From assembly GCA_964390545.1 (NCBI GenBank), contig CAYMJV010000002.1:15555-79554 (forward strand): a stretch of DNA of 64,000 nt. The letters are read 5' to 3'. A program made the position numbers and the translations under genes. The DNA is from an uncultured Syntrophaceae bacterium (GTDB taxonomy: Bacteria; Desulfobacterota; BSN033; UBA1163). The notes under the pieces are model-generated. The model did not search any database, was not told the DNA's origin, and saw nothing but the letters and a program-made list of their open reading frames with translations. Positions 49,249-57,152 of this stretch are shown one piece after another (position 1 is the stretch's first letter; each line of letters begins with the position of its first letter).

Positions 49249-50187
49249 TCAGGTATTTAATAAATAATAATCTGCTCTTGCCGCCTGCCAGTCCCTGCAA
49301 TCCCTGCAATTCTCTGGGAGGGCATGAAATTGTTTAAGAAGATGGAACTGCCTTAGCTCTTTTAACTTTCCGTTCCACACTTCCTTAAGAGATTGATGGT
49401 TGATATCCCCGGCAATAAATTTTGCATCCAAATCGACTGCACAGGTGACCACCTTCCCTGTATCAGTAATCGACATGGTTCGCATGGCCCAGTAGCAGGG
49501 CCAACGCTCTACACCGCCAATAACTAAGTTGGGAGCATCGACGAGTCCTGCCCAGCTGACCATAGGCCGAATTTTTACGACAGCTCCTTGCTGATTCCAG
49601 AATTGAATAAAGTCTTCTTTTTCATTTTGGTTGATGTCCATTTCAACAAACTGCACAAACACCTCGGGTTTCTCCGAGTTCATCAATTTTTTGAGCTTCA
49701 TTAATTGCGCGGTATTCTGAACCACTTTTTCATAATTTCCACCCACTCGAATCTTTGCATACGTGTCAGGTTTAAAGGCGTCGATGCCGATATAGATGGC
49801 ATCCAGACCTGAACAAATCAGTCTCTCTGCTGCAGATTTGCCTAACAAATTTGCATTCGAATTCAGAACCACATCTCTTAAACCCTCACGTTTTGCATAA
49901 GCGATCATGTCAAAGATGGTTGGTTTTTTTCTTTTTAATAATAGGGCCTCTCCGAAGAAGACCATCCAAACTCTTACGCTCTTGTCCACTTTAGCGATTT
50001 CGTTTATGATTTTTATAAAAAGGTCCCACGAAATAATGCCTTTTTGCCTTTTCATTTCTTTGTGCACACACATGGAACATTTGAGGTTGCAGTAGCTAAT
50101 CGTATCGATGAGAACGACTTTAGGAAAATCGCCTGCATCTTCAAGCCTGCCTTGTTTCTTTTGAACTTCTAAAACTTTGTTCTCCAT
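49249..50187 (-). CDS. Radical SAM enzyme with Cys-rich C-terminal extension, copy 2 (paralog of 45903..46934)
   Basis: CNLKCSMC (Cx3Cx2C). C-terminal CYWAMRTMSITDTGKVVTC ... CRDC. Colinear with copy 1. Confidence 0.75.
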   Translation of the reverse strand: MENKVLEVQKKQGRLEDAGDFPKVVLIDTISYCNLKCSMCVHKEMKRQKGIISWDLFIKIINEIAKVDKSVRVWMVFFGEALLLKRKKPTIFDMIAYAKREGLRDVVLNSNANLLGKSAAERLICSGLDAIYIGIDAFKPDTYAKIRVGGNYEKVVQNTAQLMKLKKLMNSEKPEVFVQFVEMDINQNEKEDFIQFWNQQGAVVKIRPMVSWAGLVDAPNLVIGGVERWPCYWAMRTMSITDTGKVVTCAVDLDAKFIAGDINHQSLKEVWNGKLKELRQFHLLKQFHALPENCRDCRDWQAARADYYLLNT

Positions 50188-50212
50188 ACGTTTGTTTCTT
50201 ATGATTTATTAT

Positions 50213-51241
50213 TCAAAGCGCTTTATTAAAAACATCTGGTCGAACCTCTCGAAGTTCCAGCTTTTTAAGAATATTCACAATTCTCTTTGCGGACTTTCCA
50301 TCCCAAAACTCTGGCGTTCCGCCTTTTTTCCAATTTCCTGATAAAATCAAATCCATCCTATCGTCAATATTCCCCATGGATACTAATTCATTCGTTCCCT
50401 GAGTAATGGTAATTGGCCGTTCTATAGTAGTCCTTAGTATGAGGCAGGGGACATTTAAATAGGTTGTTTCTTCTTGTATCCCACCAGAATCTGTGAGGAC
50501 AAACTTCGAGTATTTTCCACGGGTAATGAATTCTTTATAACGGAGTGGTTCCAAAACTTTGAAATCTCTATTAGAAGCGAAGCCTGCGTCAAATCCATTT
50601 ATATTTTTCTTTGTTCTCGGGTGAGCGGGGAAAAAAACTGGTATTCTGAGAGAAAGGGTATTCAAAAAATTCATAATCCTCCAAAGATCATTCTTATCAT
50701 CGACATTCGAAGGCCTGTGAAGGGTGACCAAAATAAAATGGTTTCTTTGTAAACCGAATTTCTGAAAAACCTTATCTTCATAGGATGGATCAATCCTTTT
50801 TAAAATTGAGATTAAAGAATCGATCATGATATTCCCAACAAAATGGATTCTATTTCTTTCGACTCCCTCCCGAATAGGATTTTCATCTCCATCTTTCGAT
50901 GGAGTAAAAAGGATATCCGAAATGGAATCGGTCACTTTCCGGTTGATTTCTTCGGGCATGGTCATATCAAAACTCCGAAGCCCGGCTTCCACATGGGCCA
51001 CTGGAATGGAGAGTTTCTTAGCTGTCACACTGCAAGCGAGGGTTGAATTCACATCACCAAAGACCACTACCAGGTCAGGATTTTCATTTTGAATCACTCG
51101 CTCAAAATCGATCATTATCTTCCCTGTTTGTTCTGCGTGGGTTCCAGACCCGACCCCCCAAAAGTAATGCGCCTCAGGTAAGTCCAGGTCTTCAAACAAT
51201 TCTTTGGACATTTCATAATCATAATGTTGACCGGTGTGCAA
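50213..51241 (-). CDS. wecB: UDP-N-acetylglucosamine 2-epimerase homolog lacking the N-terminal ~35 aa (possible pseudogene)
   Basis: Begins (TTG) at ...HTGQHYDYEMS. VAHVEAGLRS and MPEEINR motifs are present. The GTRPE-type first beta-alpha unit is absent, and an in-frame TAG lies 8 codons upstream, only 17 nt after the preceding gene. Confidence 0.7.
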   Translation of the reverse strand: MHTGQHYDYEMSKELFEDLDLPEAHYFWGVGSGTHAEQTGKIMIDFERVIQNENPDLVVVFGDVNSTLACSVTAKKLSIPVAHVEAGLRSFDMTMPEEINRKVTDSISDILFTPSKDGDENPIREGVERNRIHFVGNIMIDSLISILKRIDPSYEDKVFQKFGLQRNHFILVTLHRPSNVDDKNDLWRIMNFLNTLSLRIPVFFPAHPRTKKNINGFDAGFASNRDFKVLEPLRYKEFITRGKYSKFVLTDSGGIQEETTYLNVPCLILRTTIERPITITQGTNELVSMGNIDDRMDLILSGNWKKGGTPEFWDGKSAKRIVNILKKLELREVRPDVFNKAL

Positions 51242-51282
51242 GATAATGGGGGTGAAATGTTTATTCTAGCCCCTCAAAATTC

Positions 51283-52437
51283 CTACCATAGGATTCCTTT
51301 GGTGGCCAACAGAAACATCTTCTCTTTCCAATCAAAAACAAAGGCCTCTTTTCTCTCTCGGCATAGGCCAATGATATAATTTGAATATTGGGCATCAGAG
51401 AACACTCGATGTACTCTATCCGCAATTGCTTCCTCATCCGAAGGATTAAACATCAACTCTTCATACTGAAGAATGTCTATGATGCCAGGTATCCTACTGC
51501 CTATGCAAGGTACCCCTAATCCCAGCACCTCTAAGAGGGCGTTGGGCATCCCTTCACTCTTTGAAGGTAATACAAAAAGATCAGCCACAAGGTAGGTCAT
51601 CCACAGTTCTTCCTTCTCCAGCCATCCTGTGAAGATTACCCTATGATCAAGACTTAATCTCCTTGTTAATTCTTTTAGGTGGTTGATGTAAGAAAAATCT
51701 TCTTTCGAAGAACCATCCCCGATGATAAATAGAAACAAATTGTCCATCCCAATTCTGGGCAGGCATTTGATGAGCATCTCCATATTCTTACCGCGGTTTA
51801 GGATTCCAGCCGTCATGAGAACTTTCGCTCCGATTGGGATCCGCAATCGACATCTTATCTGATTGGCATCTTCTAGCTCCATTTTTGGCATTGGAGGAAT
51901 ATTGTTATAGAGCAGTCTAACGTCAACGTGTTTCTTCTTCCCGACTGTCCTAAGAATCTCGTTTTGAGTTTCTCCGTTGTTGGTGAGGATTCGATCGGAA
52001 AATAGGAACCCCAAATATTCCATCATCCTGTTGATCGACAGAAAGAAACCGGAGGAGCGGCGGACCATCAAGCCAAACGTTGAGTTTCCGCGTATAAAGG
52101 TTACCATCCTTCTTCTCAGGACCCATTTAGGGATTGCAAGCAAAAATGCATAGATCGAACCAAAGGCGACAAAAAGATCGATCTTTTCCCTCCAGCCGAT
52201 GAGAAGGGAATAGAAAGGAAAGAGAAATACAGTCACGAATTTGGCCACCCATCCTCCCTTCGCTCCAAGGGAAAGGCCAAGCCGGTGATTATAATAGCAG
52301 GGATGCTTCATCTTGATCGGCGTCAGGGATAAGCAGTGAACCTCACATTTTCTATCCAAAAAAGCTTCGACCATCATGAGAAATCGGTCGTAGGCTCCTC
52401 CTTTTCTTAGAGTGTACATTGCTGTTAGTATCTTCAT
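51283..52437 (-). CDS. GT4 glycosyltransferase
   Basis: LPSKSEGMPNALLEVLGLGVPCIGSRIPG. The start is taken at ATG 52437 (MKILTAMY). The track ORF starts at 52473. Confidence 0.75.
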   Translation of the reverse strand: MKILTAMYTLRKGGAYDRFLMMVEAFLDRKCEVHCLSLTPIKMKHPCYYNHRLGLSLGAKGGWVAKFVTVFLFPFYSLLIGWREKIDLFVAFGSIYAFLLAIPKWVLRRRMVTFIRGNSTFGLMVRRSSGFFLSINRMMEYLGFLFSDRILTNNGETQNEILRTVGKKKHVDVRLLYNNIPPMPKMELEDANQIRCRLRIPIGAKVLMTAGILNRGKNMEMLIKCLPRIGMDNLFLFIIGDGSSKEDFSYINHLKELTRRLSLDHRVIFTGWLEKEELWMTYLVADLFVLPSKSEGMPNALLEVLGLGVPCIGSRIPGIIDILQYEELMFNPSDEEAIADRVHRVFSDAQYSNYIIGLCRERKEAFVFDWKEKMFLLATKGILW

Positions 52438-52439
52438 CT

Positions 52440-53069
52440 TCAAAATCTGGAAAAACAGATGTCTTTTACGCAAATTTGCCTTGTGTCTAATAGGTTTTTA
52501 AGCTTCTCTTTTCTGAGATCATTTTCTTCCAAGGAGGTGATCAATATGCAATCGGGTTTTAGTTCTTTGATTCGACTGACGGGTTCTAATTCGTAACCCA
52601 AGAGTATTTGAGATCTAAATTTTTCATCATCCTCGACAATTCCAACTAATTTGAGATTGACGCCCTGAAGAGTGATATAAGCGACTTCCATTTCATCACT
52701 GATCCCATAAAAAACGATTCGATGGAACCCTTCCCGCTCCATTTCCAAGAGTCTCTGACTGATCATTTTCTTCAACTCAGAATAATGCTGAATGGTATAA
52801 GCAATCATGTGAAGGGATAGTTTGGTCTTTTCTGCAAACCCTATGGGTGTAAGGTAATAACCAATCTTTCGATGGCTTAAGCCTCGAATCCGAATCCACC
52901 CTTTTCGTACCATCCTCCTCAGGCAGGCGTTTGTAACTCCTAAGGCGATATTGAACTTGTGGCTCAATTGGCGTTGCGAGATGATGGGGTTGCGCTCGAG
53001 CTCCTCAAGGAGTCGGAGTTCCCTGATCTCCTCCGAAGGTTTAAAAATACCTAAATTTTGATTTCCCAT
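52440..53069 (-). CDS. Winged-helix (MarR-like) transcriptional regulator with C-terminal Rossmann-like domain
   Basis: ISQRQLSHKFNIALGVTNACLRRMVRKGWI...YYLTPIGFAEK. First gene downstream of a sigma-54 promoter. Confidence 0.6.
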   Translation of the reverse strand: MGNQNLGIFKPSEEIRELRLLEELERNPIISQRQLSHKFNIALGVTNACLRRMVRKGWIRIRGLSHRKIGYYLTPIGFAEKTKLSLHMIAYTIQHYSELKKMISQRLLEMEREGFHRIVFYGISDEMEVAYITLQGVNLKLVGIVEDDEKFRSQILLGYELEPVSRIKELKPDCILITSLEENDLRKEKLKNLLDTRQICVKDICFSRF

Positions 53070-53238
53070 TGACGCTTCTTATAACCTCTTAGAAATTAAA
53101 GGACATTTTTGTAATCCGTTCAAACATTGAACACTGGAAAGAAAAAAAATAAAATGGCTTAAGTTATTGAATCTAATCCCTTTTCAAAACAGACCCGTAA
53201 TGGCATGGAATAAAGACAACTACTAAGATTCATTAACG

Positions 53239-53254
53239 AGCAACTTCTATGCCA
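53239..53254 (-). promoter_or_regulatory. Sigma-54 promoter heading the regulator + glycan operon
   Basis: The minus strand reads TGGCATAGAAGTTGCT, that is TGGCAT-N5-TTGCT. It lies 5 nt after the GT4 stop (53259) and about 170 nt upstream of the start at 53069. Confidence 0.65.
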
Positions 53255-53258
53255 CATT

Positions 53259-54428
53259 TCAATTTTCTGAAGATAGCACCTTCTCGTAAATTCTCTTTGT
53301 TTTTTCTATAGTTGCTGGCCACAGAACCTTCTCGGTGACAAGGCGAAGGTTCTTCTGCCTAGCTTTTTCAACCAGTGGTCTATTCCGGATACTTTCGAGA
53401 ATTCTCATCGCTAAAACTCTTTCCTCATCTGTCGGAACCAAGAAACCATTTTCCCCGTCAGAGATCCACTCTCTATTGGATGGGATATCTGTCACCACAG
53501 GAAATGCACCCGAGCCTAAGGCTTCGAGCAACGATACCGACGTCCCATCATGCAAGGAGGTTGAAACGTAAATATCTGTCTCACCCAGAAGATTCAGCAT
53601 AGTGTCATGAGGCACTCGCCCCAGAAATTGAACGAAATCTCCTAGATTCAGATTTTTCACTTCCCTTTCCAATCCTTCTCTTTCAGGACCATCACCGGCA
53701 ATAAAACATTTTACCTTTGACTCTTCTCTAAGGACGAGAGGGATTGCCCGAATGAGCAGAGAAACATTATAGATAGGCAACAGATTTCGATTACTCAAAA
53801 TGGTGGTCGGCCGCTTACCGAAACCTACTCTCTGAGCCCCCTCCTTATCGAGAAAACCGGATTCGATACCCATGGGAAAAGCTGATATCCTCCCCCGGTT
53901 GATTCCCAGGGCCTCTAACTCCCTTTTCATTCCCTCCGAGACACAATGAAGATGATTTGCCTTTTTGCACACATAGAGAAAGATCCTCTTAAGGAAAGAA
54001 GATTCGTCCATGGCCAGCCTGAAGTCAGACCCATGGATAGTGACCATTAAGGGTTTTCTTGATAAAAAGGCAACTCCCACGCCGATCAATCCCGTTGGAA
54101 TAGCCCAGTGGACGTGGATCATCTGACATCGATGCCTGATGAGGGCATAGAGAGTCAAGAAAAATCCAGAGATGTAATAAAAGCACATGCGTAAATAAGG
54201 AATTTTATCATATTCGATCAAAAGCCGATTTCCCCCAAAGAATGGAAACCGATAGATCTTCATTCCGTTTTGTTCTTCCACGTAACAACTCTTCTTATAA
54301 ATTTTGGGAGTCACGATAGCGATATCATATCCATCCGTCTTTAGAAGGGAAGCCATCTTCTTTATAAAGATGCCCCGGTAGGAAGAATCAAAATCAGGAT
54401 AGGCATTCGTAAGGAATAAAATCCTCAT
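53259..54428 (-). CDS. GT4 glycosyltransferase
   Basis: MRILFLTNAYP... and VSTSLHDGTSVSLLEALGSGAFPVVTDIPSN. Confidence 0.8.
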   Translation of the reverse strand: MRILFLTNAYPDFDSSYRGIFIKKMASLLKTDGYDIAIVTPKIYKKSCYVEEQNGMKIYRFPFFGGNRLLIEYDKIPYLRMCFYYISGFFLTLYALIRHRCQMIHVHWAIPTGLIGVGVAFLSRKPLMVTIHGSDFRLAMDESSFLKRIFLYVCKKANHLHCVSEGMKRELEALGINRGRISAFPMGIESGFLDKEGAQRVGFGKRPTTILSNRNLLPIYNVSLLIRAIPLVLREESKVKCFIAGDGPEREGLEREVKNLNLGDFVQFLGRVPHDTMLNLLGETDIYVSTSLHDGTSVSLLEALGSGAFPVVTDIPSNREWISDGENGFLVPTDEERVLAMRILESIRNRPLVEKARQKNLRLVTEKVLWPATIEKTKRIYEKVLSSEN

Positions 54429-54451
54429 AAGGAAGCCAGGAAGCCAAGAAA

Positions 54452-54835
54452 TTACTTGTGGATAACTCTTTTAACCTCAAGGATTTTTCTAGAGAAATTT
54501 ATGATCAAACCATGTTGCTTATCCAGTGCTTTAAGGTAAGACTTTACAATTGCGAAATGGATATCTTCTACATTCTTAACCGCTTTCAGCTCAACAATGA
54601 TAGTATCATCTATAATGAGATCGAGCCTATGCCTTCCAACTTCAATACTATCATATTTGATCACGACCTCTCGTTGCCTCTCAACTTGAAGATGTTGTTT
54701 CTGCAACTCAATGATAAAAGCATTTTCGTAGATTGACTCCAAGAATCCAGGACCTAATTTTTTGTGAACCTCAATAGCACACCCGATAATCTTCTCAGTC
54801 AGATCTTCATATTCCAATCCTTTTCCTGGTTTCAT
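54452..54835 (-). CDS. GxxExxY-family protein (PD-(D/E)XK-like fold)
   Basis: LTEKIIGCAIEVHKKLGPGFLESIYENAF contains the G-FL-E-SI-Y motif. DLIIDDTIIVELKAV...LINF. Confidence 0.75.
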   Translation of the reverse strand: MKPGKGLEYEDLTEKIIGCAIEVHKKLGPGFLESIYENAFIIELQKQHLQVERQREVVIKYDSIEVGRHRLDLIIDDTIIVELKAVKNVEDIHFAIVKSYLKALDKQHGLIINFSRKILEVKRVIHK

Positions 54836-55797
54836 GGCTTCCTTATTTCTTTTCTTAATTCCAGGTTCTCTTTCTGGATGCGGAGAATCTCTCTGCGAAG
54901 GGAAACGATTTGAATGGCTATAAATCCAAAAGAGAGAATCTGAATGCCTCCTAGGATCAACAAGATCGCAAAGGTGATGAGGGGCCTTCCTGGAGCCAAT
55001 CCCCCTGAAAATCTTAAGTAGGTGATATAAAGGCCGATCAAAAGCCCTATTCCGAGGGTGATGAGACCAAGAAAGCCAAATATCATCATTGGCTTTTCAA
55101 AGATAGAGAAAACCAAATGTGAAATAGCTGTTTTTTTGAATTTGAATTTCGACCGCCCCCTCTTTCTTCCTTTAAGAGTCACGGGGATTTCTTTAATCCG
55201 GAAACCCAGAGCCATCGCTTTGGAAAGGATTTCGAGATGAATCTCCTTCCCGTTCGACTCAAGCTCGAGAGAATCGAGGACATGTTTCCGGTAGGCACGG
55301 AAGATTCCAGTAGAAGTGTAAATCCTGTTGGGGAGAGCCAATCGGAGGATTTTGTTTCCCAATTTACTGATCCATAAACGAAGGACCGGGACTTCCTGAA
55401 CCTTTCCTCCTGGCATATAGGGAGAAGCAAGCACCAAATCTATGTCTTCTCCCCTCTTCAGGACATGAACCAAATCGAGGATAAAACGAGGATCGTAACT
55501 CAGGTCCGCATCGATGGAGACAACCATCTCCCCTTTCGATTCCTGAAACCCCTTTCTCAAGGCCATCCCGCGCCCCATATTTTTTGAATAAGAAACCACT
55601 CTTACCTTTTCATTTTGGGATTCTATCTTTCTTAGTATATCTAAGGTATGGTCGATGCTCCCATCATTGACGGCAATGATTTCATAAGTCCCATCGAAGG
55701 AAGCCAGTGCCTCTTCAACCCGGTTCAGGCTCGTTTCCGCATTCTCGGCTTCATTGAACATGGGGATGACTATTGAAAGGTCCATTTTCCCTTCCAT
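54832..55797 (-). CDS. GT2 polyprenyl-phosphate sugar synthase (GtrB/ArnC/DPM1-like) with two C-terminal TM helices
   Basis: LSIVIPMFNEAEN...EIIAVNDGSIDHT, DADLSYDP, and two C-terminal TM helices (MMIFGFLGLITLGIGLLIGL; ITFAILLILGGIQILSFGFIAI). Confidence 0.8.
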   Translation of the reverse strand: MEGKMDLSIVIPMFNEAENAETSLNRVEEALASFDGTYEIIAVNDGSIDHTLDILRKIESQNEKVRVVSYSKNMGRGMALRKGFQESKGEMVVSIDADLSYDPRFILDLVHVLKRGEDIDLVLASPYMPGGKVQEVPVLRLWISKLGNKILRLALPNRIYTSTGIFRAYRKHVLDSLELESNGKEIHLEILSKAMALGFRIKEIPVTLKGRKRGRSKFKFKKTAISHLVFSIFEKPMMIFGFLGLITLGIGLLIGLYITYLRFSGGLAPGRPLITFAILLILGGIQILSFGFIAIQIVSLRREILRIQKENLELRKEIRKP

Positions 55798-55820
55798 CCA
55801 CGTATTATTTTATCCAGGAA

Positions 55821-55857
55821 CAAAAAAAGCAAGACAAATATAATTATCTTGCTTTCT
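55821..55857 (-). terminator. Intrinsic terminator after the third pilin gene
   Basis: The minus strand reads AAAGCAAGA-(12 nt)-TCTTGCTTT followed by TTTTGTT, 28 nt after the stop at 55885. Confidence 0.6.
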
Positions 55858-55884
55858 GTCCAATTGTTTTTTTTGACTAAAAAC

Positions 55885-56322
55885 CTATTTAAGCCATCTA
55901 TTGGCATATTGGCTCGTCTTCGTTCCATCCTGGTTGATCGCGAGCCATCCGTCCGTTGCCTGACTCCCTATAGCTGTTGCCTGTGCGGTAAATGCAGTAC
56001 CGCTCAGAGCCGTAAAACTCCAGGTATAGTAATTGCTTACTGTTGTTGCTGGGGCTCCCATCGTAACTCGAAGTTTCGTTACCGCCGTTCCAAGCCCATC
56101 ATCGACGGCATAATTTCCCTTTTCTGCTCTCCACATCTCTTGGGCTGCCCTGACTTGTTCCAATGCAGTCTTGGCATCGGCCCTCCTTGCCCTTATCATA
56201 TAATTTGAGTACGTGGGGACTGCAATGGCTGCAAGAATTCCAACAATAAGAATCACCATAAGGAGCTCAATCAGAGTGAGCCCTCTAATTGATTTCTTCC
56301 TCCGGATTCTAAACATTTGCAT
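55885..56322 (-). CDS. PilE-like type IV pilin
   Basis: MQMFRIRRKKSIRG/LTLIELLMVILIVGILAAIAVPTYSNYMIRARRADAKTALEQ. The ATG at 56322 is preceded by GGAGAG. The longer track ORF (to 56484) overlaps the upstream pilin and is unlikely. Confidence 0.8.
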   Translation of the reverse strand: MQMFRIRRKKSIRGLTLIELLMVILIVGILAAIAVPTYSNYMIRARRADAKTALEQVRAAQEMWRAEKGNYAVDDGLGTAVTKLRVTMGAPATTVSNYYTWSFTALSGTAFTAQATAIGSQATDGWLAINQDGTKTSQYANRWLK

Positions 56323-56435
56323 GACAACTCTCCTTATTTTGGGGGAATCAATAATAGGTTCGGAAACCCTGAAAATGCGGCCATTGAACGAACTCTCTTT
56401 GCCACCTTCGGGGATTGTCCATTCCCACTTAGGTG

Positions 56436-56900
56436 TTAATACTTCTGCCCCGGGCGGTAGGCATAAGGAATTGTTCCACCCCATCTCCAGTTGATCGCAC
56501 CATCCGTAGTTATAATAGGACTCAATACGAAGGTTTGATTGTCCACCGTGCTCTCATTCGTATTGGTCGCTGTGAAAGTGATCACTCCACCACCGGCAGA
56601 AAGGTTGATTGCAGAGATATATTTTCCATCCGGAACCACAGGCACAGACACACCCAATGTCGACTTGACTGCTGCTGTCGTGGAAAGAGCCGTCCCGGGA
56701 AAAGTCCCTTCATCCTGGTAATAGGCCGCCACCCCACTCGCCATATGGCTCATGCTGTTTGTTACCTCTGTGAGTTTTGCTTTAACTGTCTGAGCCCTGT
56801 ACATTGGGACTGCAATGCTTGCCAGGATGCCGATGATCGCAATCACGATCAACAACTCAATCAATGTAAAGCCCAATTCCCGTCTTTTCCTTGGCATCAT
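56436..56900 (-). CDS. Type IVa pilin, paralog 2 (about 75% identical to the major pilin by eye)
   Basis: [53 protein letters not shown]. Cysteine-free. Confidence 0.85.
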   Translation of the reverse strand: MMPRKRRELGFTLIELLIVIAIIGILASIAVPMYRAQTVKAKLTEVTNSMSHMASGVAAYYQDEGTFPGTALSTTAAVKSTLGVSVPVVPDGKYISAINLSAGGGVITFTATNTNESTVDNQTFVLSPIITTDGAINWRWGGTIPYAYRPGQKY

Positions 56901-56909
56901 TTAAGACTC

Positions 56910-57016
56910 CTAGGCCTCTCGACGGCAAACCCTATAGACAGGGAGTGCTACAAAGGCAAAGAGCGACATAACAGTCATGAAAACTACAAGCTCAATCAAA
57001 GTGCGAAGCCTTTTCT
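56910..57016 (-). pseudogene. Frameshifted relic of a pilin 5' end
   Basis: The minus strand encodes ...KGF in one frame, and after a 2-nt insertion TLIELVVFMTVMSLFAFVALPVYR in another. T2-L-I-E5, P22 and Y24 have exactly the spacing seen in the neighbouring pilins. There is no start codon, and the stop comes after about 35 codons. Confidence 0.55.
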
Positions 57017-57082
57017 TTCCGAGGAGAATACCGTCTGGATCTCAATAAGACCTTGCTTGAACCATCGTAGTTTGAAATCAAG

Positions 57083-57134
57083 AAAACCTCGGGCAATCCT
57101 TGCTGGCTTCCAAGCAAGGATTGCCCGAGGTTTT
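57083..57134 (-). terminator. Strong intrinsic terminator after the major pilin gene
   Basis: Perfect 22-bp inverted repeat AAAACCTCGGGCAATCCTTGCT / AGCAAGGATTGCCCGAGGTTTT with an 8-nt loop, 19 nt after the stop. On the minus strand it is followed by UUUUCUUGAUUU. Confidence 0.85.
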
Positions 57135-57152
57135 TAGGTTAGCATCAAACGA

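Noticed and set aside
45903-50187. Reading AsnB + radical SAM/SPASM as a lasso-peptide or other RiPP cluster.
   Set aside because: All three AsnB homologs keep the N-terminal Cys nucleophile (MCGICG/MCGILG) and PP-loop of true amidotransferases. No precursor peptide, PqqD/B-protein or protease ORF is visible, and the neighbours are nucleotide-sugar enzymes. The idea is kept only as a remote alternative.
54429-54451. The GGAAGCCA duplication in the 23-nt spacer before the GxxExxY gene.
   Set aside because: It is very short and is probably just the RBS region. No further structure is present.
56433-57137. A 234-aa plus-strand ORF spanning the pilin region.
   Set aside because: It lies antisense to two well-supported pilin genes and crosses the terminator hairpin. 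Its sequence is Cys/Arg/His-rich and low in complexity, which marks it as a shadow ORF.
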